63,446 nucleotides of DNA, filler included, from Octopus bimaculoides (GCF_001194135.2; 4 parts of 4 records of this genome joined end to end with filler, not necessarily neighbours in it), one strand, 5' to 3'; positions 1 through 15,124 are shown, numbered from the whole stretch's first letter. Notes: a model not told the origin generated them from the letters alone. Program-made: numbers and translations.

Positions 1-617
1 ATATATATGCATATATATATATATATATATTTATTTATATTTATATTTATATATATTGGTGTGTGTCATATTTTCATTCTAGTCTACGTAAAACCTGAAG
101 CATGTCGTTGAAATATTGCTTCCTTCAATTATTTAATTATGGATATAAATATAAACATATTCGGGGAACTTTATATTTTTGTTGTCTGGAAGAAGTCGTA
201 GTTTAAGTGACTATGGTATTGACATATTTTACTACTTACTATGCAGTTGTAAGTTGTTCTACTTTCTTAGTTCAGGTACGTGTTCATGTTCAGTTTAGAT
301 ATATCATTTGTACTTCTCCAATAAATATAGTAAATCAGAAAACTGATTATAAATTGGTGCACTAAGGAGAAGAATGCATCTTTCTTATTCCTCTGTGTAC
401 CATAGCGAAATGTTTGAAAAAGACGTTTAGAGGGAATGATTTTAAAACGTACAATTAAAAAGAAAGACGTGAGGAGCCTGCTAATAGTAATGGTTCAATA
501 GGGAATCAGAAGTGTGTTGTGGAAACGAATTTCAACTATCTTACCAATTAAATATACGCATTGCTTATCTTTGTATCTTGTTATTCATTGAGTTGATATA
601 ATCAATAAACAAAAACG

Positions 618-663
618 TAATAGTAATAATAATAACAACAATACTACTACTACTACAACAACA

Positions 664-727
<64 letters not shown>

Positions 728-765
728 GTAATAATAATAATAATAATAATAGTAATAATAACAAC
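618..765. repeat. (AAT)/(TAC) trinucleotide microsatellite
   Basis: Read directly. Confidence 0.95.
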
Positions 766-978
766 ATCCGTATCATAAAAGTACTAATGCTGAGTCAAGT
801 AAAATGAATCATTGCAGGGTGCATGACTCAAAGTCGCAAGCATGGGTTTGTGTTTAAGAAGCGTGTTTCCATTCACGTATTTGGAGGTTCAGTCCCATTG
901 CGCAACACCTTGGTAAGTGCCTACTATCAATGCGCTGTAAGTAAATTTAGTATTTGGAATCTGTGAGGAAACTGGTTG

Positions 979-1010
<32 letters not shown>

Positions 1011-1028
1011 TGTATGTANNNNNNNNNN

Positions 1029-1060
<32 letters not shown>

Positions 1061-1062
<2 letters not shown>

Positions 1063-1845
1063 TATCGGTGCTGGTCGGTGCTGGTCGAGGATGTTGAAGT
1101 CGCTCCTTTCTTCTCCTGCGTTTTGCCTCCTCATTCTGTTGTCTATTCTGCTTGAAGGAACTGGCTCCATTGCGGATCGCACTCCTGCAAGCTGTCCTAT
1201 GCATGGCAATCTGTTCCTATATGGATGGCTGGATGTTACCTTGGACCAAGATCCGTTTGAGCTGGTCTTTAAAACGGAATTTCGGACCTCCTCTGGGTCT
1301 TGTTCCGATTGCAAATTCTCCGTAGAGCATGATTCTTGGGAGACAAGAGGGCTCCATACGCTGAACGTGACCTGTCCAGCGGAGACGATGGCGAAGAATG
1401 GTGGCTTGGGCACTTGGTAGTGAGGCGCAGCGAAGAACCTCATTGTTGGTAAATTGATCTTCCTATTGTATATCGAGGATCTGTTGTAGCTTCGATTGCT
1501 GGAAGCATTGAAGTCACTGCGGAACAACGTCCAAGTCTCCCAAGCGGAGAGTAGATTTGACAGGACAATGGCACGGAAGACCATGATCTTTGTTCGGATG
1601 GTCAGCGCGTGATTGAAGAATGCACTACGGCTGAGTCTGCCGAAGGTGGAGTGGGCCGCCCCCATCTGGTTCTCCACGTCCTTTTCACGCGTGGGGTTTT
1701 CGAAAGGATACTTCCAAGGTAAGTGAAATGTTCAAGTTCTTCTAGGGGTTGGCCGTTGATGCTAATGTTTGTGGGTGGACAGTTTTGGCCTCGTCCAGGG
1801 TGGATCAGTGTCTTTGTCTTTAATATGTTTACTTGCATCCGGAAG
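1061..1845 (-). mobile_element. RTE-clade LINE 3' fragment (frameshifted)
   Basis: INGQPLEELEHFTYLGSILS, AAHSTFGRL..TKIMVFRAIVLSNLLSAWETWTL, and a C-terminal EAKRRRRKERL match the RTE ORF end. Confidence 0.85.
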
Positions 1846-1929
1846 CGTTCGTAAGCCGCGTTGTATATATGTAAATGTATGTAAACGCGCGCGTGTGTGT
1901 GTGCATGTGAGTGTGTGTGTGACTCTCTG

Positions 1930-1960
<31 letters not shown>

Positions 1961-2282
1961 TTGGTGGTTGCTTTTGTTATTCCTCACCCCACTTGAAAGC
2001 AGATTTGTTCCGATTATCTCCGCGTAATATAGTAGTATGGCAAAGCGACCATTACAATAAGTGCCATACTTTAAAAACTTAGAGTATGTGTGCCGGTTTG
2101 TTCGAGTAAAACCTTCAAGACCGTTTTCTAACATGGCTGCAGTTAAATGATTAACACACACAAAAGATGAAAGATAAAGGTTCAAACCATTAGATATGTT
2201 TTTTAAAACTTTTTTAAGGGGCTGAGTCTGTTGACTTGTATTGGGAATTTTCCGTGTTTTGCACTCATAGTTGTTTTCATCC

Positions 2283-2436
2283 CTAGTCCACGGAATTACA
2301 TCGAGCCCACTGATCAGCTGGTACTTATTCTATCGTCCCCAGCGGTGAAATTTAAAGTCAACCTCGGAGGAATCTGAACTCAAAACAAATACCGCTAAGC
2401 ATTTTTGTCGGGCATGCATTTTCGTCTGGCTCGCCA
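2283..2436 (-). mobile_element. SINE family B fragment
   Basis: Reverse complement of the family B core. Confidence 0.6.
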
Positions 2437-2949
2437 CATTCTTATTGCAAAATAATATCACAATTACCGATATTGATTTTTTGCATTGGCATGAGATAAA
2501 ACATCGATTAACCTCACTCCCTATACATAGCTCATTCATCTCGGAAAGCTCTGCAGGATTTAATAACAAGAAACGAAATGAATATGACTAAATATTGCAA
2601 TAAAGTACTTAATCTGTCTCTGTGGCGTTGCGGATTTGTTACCTTCGTAATAGTAATACTGATGCTAATTTATCCATCAATACCAAGGCCTAAATTGTGC
2701 AGAGGGAGATCATAATTAAATCGATCACAGTAAATTTGAGGTAGTATGTTATTAGCCTTTCGGCCAATAAATTTGAAGACAATTCCGTTAGTAATATTAG
2801 CAATATCACTGATTCTAAAATATCGTTATGATAGTATAATATTTACACTTGGAATATAGAAACTTCGCAGTTATAGACCGTTAAATGAAGGATCTTGAAT
2901 CCGAAAGCTCCTACGGATCAACAACAAGATAACTTTGTCTGTCTATCTA

Positions 2950-2953
2950 TTTT

Positions 2954-3004
<51 letters not shown>

Positions 3005-3027
3005 GTCTGTCTGTCTGTCTGTCTGTC
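2950..3027. repeat. (TATC)n/(TGTC)n microsatellite
   Basis: Read directly. Confidence 0.95.
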
Positions 3028-3299
3028 TAATCTAATCTGCCAATACGGTTAAGCGTTAAAACATGTAACAACTAGGCTTATACTGCCTAATGCCCATTAC
3101 ACTATTCTGATATGAATTTTATTGACATTTAACTGAAACGGGGCTTATATTCACACTCTAACCATGTTGCTGGAGATACAACACAGCCTTATGATAATTT
3201 TTCCGTCTTTTGAAAATCATTTATGCTTTGTGAATAATTTCTCACCTAGGCACCACAGAAAACGATTAACACCATTCAAATACTGTTTTCTTTATCGTG

Positions 3300-3700
3300 C
3301 GGTTTGAACAAGGGAAGTTGACGGCTGCATCGGAAATAAATAGGGATAAGAATTCCAGAAAGGAACAGAAATCTGAGACGGGAGATGTAAATGCACAAAA
3401 AGAAAGACTAGTATGGTTGAGTGAGCCTGAGTGGAGCGCGTATGATGATACGGCTTGAGAGATGCTGATACCGTTGTTGTAGTAGCAGAAGAGACAGAAT
3501 ATGGCATAAGCATAGTATTGTTGTAATGCAGTCTTAGGTGTTTCTGTGTTACGAGATTATATTGTGATGGATATGAAAGCAATCCTACACTGTGGATTGT
3601 ACTTTGTACATAGTAAACACTGTATCAGGATAGACGTATGTTCTGGGTACTGAGAGGAAGTTTTCAAAATGTAATTTTAACAATGTGCAAGAACGTATGT
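3300..3700 (-). mobile_element. Highly decayed CR1/L2-like LINE 3' end
   Basis: Remnants such as TMYKVQ.., HHTRSTQAHS, and PFWNSYPYLFP resemble the C-terminus of CR1-group ORF2. Confidence 0.4.
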
Positions 3701-4979
3701 ATACTGTATCGTCAGAACTTGTAAAGCCAAAAGTTTGTATCGATTTTTAGGTTTTTAATAGATTACTGTTAATGTACATAGAATGCATTAGCAAAGATAA
3801 TTTCATTCGCAAGTGTAGTGAAAGTGTAATGAAGTTGTTGAAATAGAAATAGTTCGCTATTGTTTCTGAGAAATAGTTTACAACTTTCTATTCGTTGCGT
3901 TAGTGTAGGTTAGTGGCATAATATTTCGTTTGTTATATTCTTGCTGTTGTTGTAGCCACCAGTGGGTCCTGAATGAGAATATCTATTTTCAGATGTATTC
4001 AATACACAACCATCACATCTTATTGTATATTAGACCTTCCTTTTTTAATTGGTCATAGTGTGATTTATAAAGATTTAGTTGATTTTTATATCACGAGGCT
4101 ATCTCTATGAGTAGATTATGTCTACTGTGTGTCACTAGATAAAATGATTTAGCTCTTTTCGAAAATGTTATGACAGAATGTTTGAATCACTTTATTGGTC
4201 ATATTAACTTATTTTGAACGGATACACAATAACTATATTTAGAAGATAGGAAGGGCATATTTGGCGTAATGATAAGTAAAATAGCTTCAACTGAAAAATC
4301 AATAGCAACTTCTTTTGTCAGTCACTCTTGCCACAGCACACCAAAATAATATTGATATTATGATTCACAACGAGCTCTATTGGTTAGGCATCAGATAAAC
4401 ACTGCAGAATCGCAATGTTTCGTATCCTGTTACATGCACATCGACCAATCGATGACGGCTGCACTTAACTCCGATCTCAGTTAATGTAGCCACAGGTAGA
4501 TAACATGTACGTAGTAGGAACTCTATGTAATTAGCAATGTTTAGCTAGCATCCTTTTGGGTGTCACACTATCTTTGTTGCATATAGTTCTATTATTATAT
4601 AACTCATGTGGATCAATACGAATGAATACTGTATTTTATTAGAATTGTACTGATGCCGTTCCACCAAACTCAACAGGTATACAAAATTATTCTTGTAAGC
4701 ATTTACATCGTAGAAGATCCGTACCAACAATTTAATATAATTTATTTTAAATTTCAAATTATTCCATTAGCTGTCTTTTATTTTCTTTTAATTGTTTCAC
4801 TCTTCGGACTCGGACCAGACTGAGGCACTACTTTAACGTCTAGTACTTAGTGTATTGATAGTTTTTACCGAATCGGTAGGTTACAGGGACGTAAACAAAC
4901 CAACACCATTTGTCAGGCGTAGAACAGATAGAAGTACAATGACATACACGCACAGAAATATGCACACGCATAAACACAA

Positions 4980-5021
<42 letters not shown>

Positions 5022-7384
5022 ACACACGCACACACAAACACACACACACATACACGATGATCTTAAACACATTTTCCGTCCTACCATGTTTCACACACAT
5101 ACATAAATAATTGCACACACACTCACACTTACACACACACATACACACACGTGTACAAGCGTATAAGTCTAATGTGAGTGGTGATTGGGAAAGATGAATT
5201 TCTAATATGTTACAATCGTGTTACTCTATTTAGACTGGTCTAGTATTGTTGTATGGAGTCCGATTTGATAACTTGAATCACCTTATAGTGAAAATCTTAG
5301 TGCTTATAGTTTGAATCATTGTTACTGTCTACTGCGTCTTGGTACAAAATAAGTAGAATTCTGTTCTGTATCAGTGTTCAACTTGTACCCGAATGCCTAG
5401 CTAATATTAAGAACAGACTCTTCTATTTAAGCTTCGTTGAGGGTAGACATAACATGTTCCTTCAGGTCACCTTATACGTGTAGAGTATTTTTAAATTACT
5501 TTTTATATAAAGATTCGTGGCACGTATTTCGCAACAAATTTTACGGATGCCAATTACAAAAGTGCAGGCCTTACCTAAAGCCAGATGAATGGATGTATAT
5601 CAGCAATTATTGAAATGACACAAACGACTCCATCAATATCTCTAAGCCTTATATAGCTTACTTTATTGTTCTTATTTATATAGGTTTTGTTGTGTTATTA
5701 TGAAGCTTCAAATATCCACAAATATGCGCTTACAGTCAATACAGTACAAAATATATGCATATTTGAATAGACGCCTTATTCTTTCATAATTATGTAGCGG
5801 TTAGAGCTAGCTATAAACTTTTCTGTATCACATTAATAACTATTCTTCAGAAACTATGAACTGATAAAGATACCATTTCATATTTGATCCATGCAGATTC
5901 AGTGAATTTTCAATTCATTTGTCAAGTAATTCAGTTTACATAATCGGATTTGGTAACAGTTTGATTATCCTCATTTGATTACTTGAAGGCAGATTAAGAA
6001 CAAGGCCAGTTCCCGTTCAATTAGTTGAGTTTAAAGTAAATGATTCCGTAAAAAAAGTAAGAATAACAATAATTAGCACCCAGAAATTTAGATCAGAAAT
6101 CATAATGAATTCCTTTGAAAATGTACCGAGCAAATATCTCCAATTCTTATCTATTCAGAATCAACAAGAAATATCATTTTTCATAGTAATGACAAAATAT
6201 TTCTAACAATCTGATAACGAAGGACAAATTTTAACATATTTAAAATAACATCATCACCAAAACTAATTCGTATTTCAGGAATAGAAAGCATACGGATATC
6301 ACAGCTATAATTCACGTGAATATATTATATATGCAGAAAGAGAATAAATTTATAAGTGTTCTGAAAGTAAGTAAATTCGATAAATTTAGACAACCTTTAG
6401 CTTTTTATACTACTGTGAGTGTAGTCTTTTGTGAAACCGTTTCCTTGCCTAACAGAAGCATGGACATATTTTCTTGTTTAGTATTGTCTTGACAGAATAG
6501 CAGCTGTTGATGTTCTTCTTCATTTTCAATATCTCAGAAACTTTGAAAACCTGACGTATTACTTTTAATAGAAATTTTGACAAAGATTCTCCATAAATTT
6601 TTGTCATTTTATGCGATATTTGTGCAAATTTATGTGCTTCTGATTTTAACGATAATTCTGTAGGACTCAGCGTTATATTCATCAGAATTGAAGATTACTA
6701 AAAATTGTGAAGGTTCGTGCATAATATAGCTTCTCATTTCAGTTTTTGGTTGTAACTTCTTTTATTTATAGTTATTTTATTGTATTTATTCATTATCTGA
6801 TTTTAATGTCTGTGTTTTCGGCTCCGCTACAATCTCCTCTCGCATTATACTTTTATTGCATCACTAATTAACTCATTCCTTTGTCGTGCTAGTGCTGTAG
6901 CGAAAACTTTGAATATCGAGCTGAAATAATGAATTGTCTTTTGGTTGCAGCGATAATTTTAATTTTACACAAATTCGCCTGTTGGATTTGTAAGATAAGA
7001 TGAGGCACGATGTTTGGTGTTGCACTTTTTTTTAAATGTATCATTTTATTGATTTTTGTTGTAGCACGTTTCAGCTTGCTTCGCTTTTCATTTATAAATA
7101 CAGAGAATATTTTCTCGTGCAAATCACAGCTATAACTAAAACCAGAACACAATATATATTCGATACTTAATATTGAACGCTAAGTCAAGTTTATGGCCTT
7201 CCGGTAAATGACAGAAAGTAAATTGCCCAATCACATTTATAAATTTTAATTACAAATATTTTTTTAAAAATGTATATATAATTAAAAGCTTAAATTATTC
7301 AATCGCTAATTTATGTTTTTCTTTTCATATTTTATGTATGAGTGCAATACATGGTAGTTTGATCCATATTGTTCACCACATTAT

Positions 7385-7812
7385 ATTTCCGTCATGTGAC
7401 TCAGTCCATGCTGGAGCACCGCTTTGAAGAAAGTTTAGTCGAATGAATCGACCCAACTACTTATTATTTTTTAAAGCCGTGTACTTAATCTATCGGTCTC
7501 TTTTGTCTCGCCGCTGTCTTGCAGGGACATAAACACAGAAACACCTATTGTCAAGCGGTGGGGAACAAACACAGACACAAAGACACACATGTACACACAT
7601 ACACATGTACACGCACACACACGCGCACACACAAACAAACACAGACAGACAGACACACATATATGCGACGGGCTTCTCCCAGGCTCTCTCCACCAAATCC
7701 ACTCGCAAAGATTTGGTCGGTCCAAGGCTAGTGTAGAAAATACCCAAGATGCTAATCAGTGAGACTGAACCCAGACCTATGTGTTTGGGAAGCAAGTTTC
7801 TTACCACACAGA
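7385..7812 (-). mobile_element. SINE family A
   Basis: ccatgctggagcaccgc..., CA-rich middle, caaatccactcgcaagg...gcaagtttcttaccacacag. Confidence 0.75.
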
Positions 7813-7902
7813 AACATCAGATGATTGAGTTTCATTTTTCACCGTAAGAGAAAACTATAAATTAGCTTCTGACAAGATCAATAAGAACATGAGACCAAGG
7901 CG

Positions 7903-8360
7903 GCGAGCTGGCAGAAACGTTAGCATGCCGGGTGAAATGCTTAGTGGTATTTTGTCTGTCGCTACGTTCTGAATTCAAACTGCGCCGAGGTCGACTTTGC
8001 CTTTCCTCCTTTCGGGGTCGATAAACTAAGTACCAGTTACGCACTGGGGTCAATGTAATCGACTTAATATCTTTGTCTGTTCTTGTTTGTCCCCTCTATG
8101 TTTAGCCCCTTGTAGGCAATAAAGAAATAAGAAACGTTAGCACCCCAGAAAAATTGCTTAGCAGTATTTCGTCTGTCTTTATGTTCTGAGCTCAAATTGC
8201 GTCGAGGTCGACTTTGCATTTTATCATTTCGCGGTCGATAAATAAAGTACCAGTTGCGTACTGGGATCGGCATTTTGTCTGTGTTTACGTTCTGCGTTCA
8301 AGCATCACTAGCGTTGACCTTGCCTGTCATCCTCTCTCGAAGCACTACAGTTGATGTTAT
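7903..8360 (+). mobile_element. SINE family B, tandem/partial copies
   Basis: ggcggcgagctggcagaaacgttagc...gaggtcgactttgcc...aagtaccagtt recurs 2-3 times. Confidence 0.75.
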
Positions 8361-8478
8361 CGACTTAGACCCTTATTTTAAACTGCTGACCTTGTGTCAA
8401 AATTTGAAACCAATATTGCTCGCCACAGGAGGACATAACTGATTTAATCCACTTCAGTACTAGAATCCCACTCATATA

Positions 8479-8722
8479 CAGTAATCCTTCGACTACCGTG
8501 GGTGTTATGTTCAAAGAACACCGCGATGGATGTAAATCTGCCAAGTAGAAGCAGTATTGTGTATATTTTATCATTAGTTTAAAAATTTGTATATATTTAT
8601 TTTGTTATAAATGTATACAACACCACGGAGGAATCGACGTAAGCTTAAATAATAAACCGCGATAGGTGAATCGCGATAGGTGAATCACGATAAGCAAACT
8701 GCGATATGGCGAGAGATTATTG
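8479..8722. mobile_element. Tigger/pogo-type MITE
   Basis: TA-flanked imperfect TIRs (CAGTAATCCTTCG... / ...CGAGAGATTATTG) and subterminal CGCGATAGGTGAA repeats. Confidence 0.65.
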
Positions 8723-9095
8723 TATTGAAAACCATATAGGCTTGATGCAGAAATTTCTCTCACAGCGTCAAATAAGATCAGATTCCACTTTGGTTGAAAC
8801 CTAGTCTCGTCGAATATGCTCACATTTCCTACATCTTGGTACATATTTTAGTCGTCATTAGGCTGCACTAATTAAACTAATATTGTTAAATCTAGAACAT
8901 GAAAAAGTTGTTGTGAGGGAGAAAAACCAGCAATATGCAGCATGTCATCCACAAATGATTAAAGTTTGGTAACATGTACCATCGCAAAGAATTGTGCAGT
9001 CGGGTGCAGATATTGACGCTGTCTCTTTTCTCCCCCCCTCTCTCTCACTCTCTCTCTCTCCCTCTCTCTCTCTCTCCCCCTCTCTCTCTCTCCCT

Positions 9096-9152
<57 letters not shown>

Positions 9153-9332
9153 ATCCATCAACATATTCAAGATGTTCTAGCAAACAGCAGAGCAGATTGA
9201 TGCAACGCACAATGATGTGCCATGTTCGTGAAAACAAAACGCTGCTTGGTTCAGATATTCTGATCAGGAGCCGAATACTCTAACCACTGGGCTCCGCGTC
9301 AGTTGTAGAAAACGTCGTCTACGACAACAGAA

Positions 9333-9365
<33 letters not shown>

Positions 9366-9369
9366 GCTG

Positions 9370-9416
<47 letters not shown>

Positions 9417-9435
9417 GCTGCTGCTGCCGCTGCTT

Positions 9436-9482
<47 letters not shown>

Positions 9483-9567
9483 GTTGCTGCTACTACTGCT
9501 CCTGCTGCTGCCACTACTACTACTACTACAACTACCACTACTAATAATATTACTACTACTGCCGCAG

Positions 9568-9603
<36 letters not shown>

Positions 9604-9998
9604 GTACTGCTGCCGCTGCCGCCGCTTCTGCTGCTGCATCTGCTATTACTGCTTCTGCTGTTACTACTCCTACTACTGTTGCTGCTGCTTCTACTACTAC
9701 TACTACTACTGCTACTCTACACCGTTGCTGCTTCTGCTGCTGCATCTGCTGCTGCATCTGCTGCTGCATCTGCTGCTGCATCTGCTGTTACTGCTTCTGC
9801 TATTACTGCTACTATTAGTAGTATTAGTAGTATTAGAAGTAGTAATAGCAGTAATAGTAGTAGATCTACTACTACTGCTCTTTGTGGTATGGGTGGTGGT
9901 GATAGTAGTTGTGCTACTACTTCTCCTACTACTGTTACTACTACTAATCCCCCTCCTCCTCCTCCTCCTCCAGTTCCTCCTCCTCCTACTACTACTAG
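9333..9998. repeat. Long compound trinucleotide repeat (CTA/CTG/CCT, with a 12-bp GCTGCTGCATCT sub-array)
   Basis: Read directly; it explains the poly-L/V/A/Q ORFs. Confidence 0.95.
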
Positions 9999-12900
9999 TT
10001 CAAAGTTCATTTACAATTAATATATCACTGCCTTAAAGACAAAGAAATTTATATCTATCATTGTATTCAGTACAAAATCAACGGCAGCGAAGACCATTGA
10101 AACATTAAACTATACTTAAATGTTCTTAGATGTATGAGCTATTTTAAAATAACCCTCCTGAATGCAATTATCGAGAAAATTATACCGATTAAACGTAGAG
10201 TTGAAAATCCAGACAAGAAAAAATCATGCTTACAGTAAGGAAAAACCTAAACCACTCCAATACGTTTTATCTTTCCTGTGTTAATAGAGTAGGTTCAATA
10301 GATTTCAATGAAGGAAGGTGATATAACACGTTTGAATGTAATCGAAAGACCGAATTACATAAAAAATGTTATAATTTGATAGTTTTCGAAAAGAGGACGT
10401 TATAGATTTAACAGACGACACTGTCTCGTGAATAACTCATTGAACCTGAAGCAACCTCCCCATTTAGCTTATTGTTTAATGTTGTAAATTATCGGATCGT
10501 TAAACCACAACTGAAGATTTTGTTCCATATGAGATTGAAGTGAAAGATAGACAGGCAAGGGTTTTCATGTTATTCATTGTTTGCCTATAGAAATATTTTA
10601 ACTCAGCATTGCAAGATCAACATTTATTCATTGCCCTCATTGTTTAAAGCGATAAACTGTTTACATTCATGGTACTTAGTTTTAGCTATTTGCTGAGCTA
10701 GCGTGTGTTAAGCGACGGCATTGTCTATATCAAGTAGCTGTGTGTTGATGTTAAAGTTTGGTCAGTTGAACTCTGCCACACATTTCTGTTTCACATCAGA
10801 ATCAAGTATTGTGACTTGCAATGTCCATCAGTGATTCTAATCTACTGAATATATAAGATTTCTTCTACCTCCTTTTTACAGTTCATTGACATGGAACTGT
10901 TGTTTAACAAAATTCAAAGCAAGGTAAAGCTTCTTCCATGCAACACCTTTGTTTAGTAATTCCGCGATATTGATTTTTGACCATTTATACTGGCTATCAT
11001 ACAGGAAATAATACAAAAAATAATATAATTAAAGCGATAGGTGAATATTAGAACAACATTTTTATTGTTTTAATAATGATAGAATACAACATTTCCGTGT
11101 GAAAGTAAAATAATTTGGAATAGCTGCCTAGTATTTGTTAGATGTATACGACTTGACGATGAAACGATATGACCTAATGATATGTTACGGATATATCAAA
11201 TATTTGTAAATCAGATTCTTGTCTATATTCTGTCAAAACAATAATTCTCACTGAAAACAATATTCCGCATGAAAGCGGACAGCAATAATAGTATATAACT
11301 TTTGTACTTTTAATCTGTTTTGAAGTCTATTAAAATCTATTTGAGCGCCGTCTGAAGATGACGTTTCTTTCAAGTGGATATTGTGATGTCAATTGTAACT
11401 TGGATCTGAGCACAGATACGTGATATGTGGATCTAGAATATCAGTCAGTAAAATAAAAATGATAGGAGTAATTCGATTATATCATCCAATGATTAGAAGT
11501 ACATTACTGCGCTGAATAATGGCACACATTACTTGTTAAAAGCCACAAAAAATATCCATCAACATCTATTAAATATTAAGAAACAAAGCAGCGACAGCTC
11601 ACGAAAATGTCAATAAAATTCCTTACAAGTAGTGCATTGAAGTTTTAAAATTGATTGCTCCGTTATCTAACGAAGGTTATGTAATTATAAAGTCTCCCTT
11701 AATCTCTAACTCGCCATAATTTTATTCACATTAATGGAGCAAAACATCGCCTTAGGAATATTCATAGCTAATCAAAAGATGACAAAATAATCCAAAATAA
11801 AGTCATATCACCCGGCTCTAGAAAGAGTTAGAAAAGCGCACACTTAAAATGATGCATAAACGTTACGGAAAATGGAGCGTACACAATACTACGTCATAAA
11901 CGAGATAAAACAAAAATCAAATATTACCACGAACACTCGCAGATATAGTAGTAAAGGCCCAAATAGTTTCACTACAATAAGTGTATACTAGATTTACACT
12001 CTATTCTGCAAATGCTATCAGCACAGCATATATTTATAAGATTAAAGACAAAATCTGAACTTTTCCATGCAGAACAGATTCGTGGAAAGCTTTCTTGTGT
12101 GGTTATTTTACATTATCCAATCAGTGAATAATCTTCAGGAATTTTTTTTTATCGCTGGGAACTGGTTCGAAGTAGACTGCCAGGAGGAAAGTATCTGGGG
12201 CAAGCATAGGACCAGACTGGCCAGCATCAAGCAGATATTTTTGACTAAAAGTTATTGCTCCTAGGTTGGAAAGTGTTAACCACTGAACGGTGTTATTCGA
12301 TCTAGGTTTAAGCTGTTGATGCTACTCTACGTATAAAAGTGACTAGTTACGCTTGTTGCTGTATCTGATAAGTAAATACGCACGGAAGTGACTGCATTTA
12401 CATTAATTCTTGGGTCGTATGCGCAACTTTGACAAACAAAACTAAGAGACATAATTACCTTTATCTTTCTATGTTGATTGTTGCATTTCAGAATATGTTC
12501 CTATAATTTTCTAAAGTCTTTCTATTATATTCTTTCTACATATTTACTGTTCCTATTTCATAATGATGGCATAATTTCAATGGGAAAACCTAAACGCAGT
12601 GGTACATGTAGATGTATTCTCTCTTGCATGCTAAAGGGCAGACAAACAAGATGGTTAACTTTTACTTGCATCGTGTCCGTATTTAGTAACTTATTTTTAA
12701 GCAATAGCATATGATTTATTCTGTAAGTATTAGTATAATACGTCAACAATATTCCTTCTTAATGAGTTCTTTTGATTTTGTGCGTTGTATCAAGAGAAGT
12801 AATGTCATCATGTCTATCATCTACTTATCCAAGCACTCAAACATTCCTATTTCTCAACCAAAGCTCGGAGTCTATCGACCTACCGACCAATCTAACACAC

Positions 12901-13506
12901 AGCCTACATGAGTAGATCAACAGCAAAAAGCCATCTATAATAAACATTCTAAGTTCCACCGACGTCAGCAGTAGATTTCGAGCTAATTTCTAGCTTTTCA
13001 CTCAATTAAATTATATTAGTAGCTATCTAGAAAGAAACACTAGTTAGCAGACTACAGGACAGTTTGCAAAATTTGTGTAGTGTACAAGAACAGCGCTTCC
13101 AGAATCTACCACTTCTTTTGCGTGGGGTGCATCAAGGAACCTTACTTTTACAAACACTTTTTCACTAAATACATAAACAGCATTCACATGCCTCCACAGC
13201 GATGCAGATGTAGATGATATCACACTCAAATTCTCCCGATACTGCACCACTGATACTTTCCTATTTAAATCACAGAGATCCGGCCTCGCAAGTATTATCT
13301 TCAAAATCGATTATCTCTCTCTCTCTCTCTCCTGTTTCCAACAACATCAGAGCATCTCGAATACATTCAGCTATCACGCCCAAGAGCATAAAATTACAGC
13401 ACACTCACGTACGTACACACACAGCAGATAAAATTAGAAGTTGTTAAATAAAAACCGTTTCACAATTTTATAAAAAAACAGAGAGGGCATTAAGGAATAT
13501 ACTTAC

Positions 13507-14050
13507 AGGGAGCTTATGCCCTTGTTCTGAGTGCTGCGTAACTGGTCCTAGCGGAAATTCTTTTCAGTTCAGAAGAACTGGATTATCCCTGGCTCAGCAG
13601 AATGTTTCATCTTGTTCAGGAGCTTCTGTGGCTTCATCAAGCGATTCACCTTGGCCTTGGCGTTCTCAATTTATTCCTTGTGCCTTTTGTATGAGTCATG
13701 GTAAAGGTTCTCATCCAGGGCCAGCTTCATGTCCCTGACTCTAACATCCATTTCCCTCGCTAAAGCCCAGATTGCTGTGCTCGACTCTTTCATCATCTTG
13801 TACCGCAGTCTTTGGATGAATACGTGCATGTGCACGCAGTCAGAACAACGCCAAGTGTGTCCTGTCCTGCTGGCTGTAACTGCTTAGTCTCCCTTGCAGC
13901 TGTCCATATCATGACTTTCAGCTTTTACAGTGTCCACAGAGAATTGAGCAGCAGTCGCGCTGTTGGCATTTTGATGCTAGGCACGAATCCTCAGGATACA
14001 TGTAACACTTTTCCAGTATCCAGATAACTTCTACGCCTGCATGTCAGCTG
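13507..14050 (-). mobile_element. maT/DD37D-type Tc1-mariner transposase fossil (N-terminal half)
   Basis: Translation FIQRL..STAIWALAREMDV..SYKRHK..KAKVNRLMKPQKLLNKMKHSAEPGIIQFF*TEKNFR*DQLRSTQN matches the first catalytic block (FFSDEKNF.QDQ..N.QN) with stops. Confidence 0.75.
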
Positions 14051-15081
14051 ACCTCCTCTCGACTACGAATTTAATCTTTATTCTCACCAACGCCGTTAAC
14101 TGTTTACGAAAACATCACGTTGTTCCTGAATAAAGGAGATATAAACAATCGTCATATTTAGCCCGAATACCCGGGTGTTTTCAGCAAAATAAATCGCATT
14201 AAAGCACATTACAAATTCAATCTGTGAGAGGAACAGTGAAAATATGCAAGACTTTTCATAAGTTTACAATGTTAAATTGACTTCTTTTTCATCTACATTC
14301 CAACGATTGAGCTTCGTATCTTTGTTAGAAACTGGCTCCTTCTTCAGAGGAAGAATCTAAATACTATTGAAAACAGAAGAGAACATACATACATACATAC
14401 ATACATACATACATACGTACACAGAGACAAACATACATACATACATACAGAGCACAATGATTGAGTAGTAAATGTCATATCTTTAATTCTGATAAAGTGT
14501 TTCTTGATATTTCTAAAAATACACTTTTAATTTTATTGGGATTCAATGATATTTCGATTGAATGGAATTGAATAATTGATAATCGATTTACATCATAAGT
14601 ACGATATATAAAAGTGACTGTCATTGATGTGTTATCGGGGAGGAGGATGTTTTCAAAGGTTCCGAAACTCTGTGGTCATTTGCTTATCAGTTTGATTCAT
14701 GTGGCAAATGAGTCGCTAGTTCGATCTCTCTGTATTTGGTTTTCAAGATGTTTACATCCAAAGTAAAATTCTGGGGAAACAAACGAAGGCCTATTTATTT
14801 CAGCTGGTTCCGCATCTGCTGTAGACTTTTACTCAGCGTATGTGGTATGATGATAAGATTATCGCTGGGGCGAGGATTTCCACACAGAATTTGTGATGTG
14901 CAAAGAGCCGGAATTATATACCATAGGACATCTTGTTCCGACACTCTTCTAAATCTCTCAACCCATCACCCTGATTAGGGCAGGCTTATCATTTTTATCA
15001 ATTTCGAAAGAATGAATGGGTGAGCTTGACTGCGACAAATTTGAACTCAGAGTGCTGCAACCGTATGTGAAATTAGAATAC

Positions 15082-15124
<43 letters not shown>

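Noticed and set aside
13044-13304. 86-aa minus ORF (MKIILARPDL...)
   Set aside because: No recognisable domain or splice signals; TTG start.
13502-13507. Strong minus-strand GTAAGT donor after a long coding-looking stretch
   Set aside because: The stretch is a stop-containing maT transposase fossil, not a host exon.
14760-14960. IIPALCTSQ resembling a pogo DDE motif (minus strand)
   Set aside because: A single weak motif with no flanking support.
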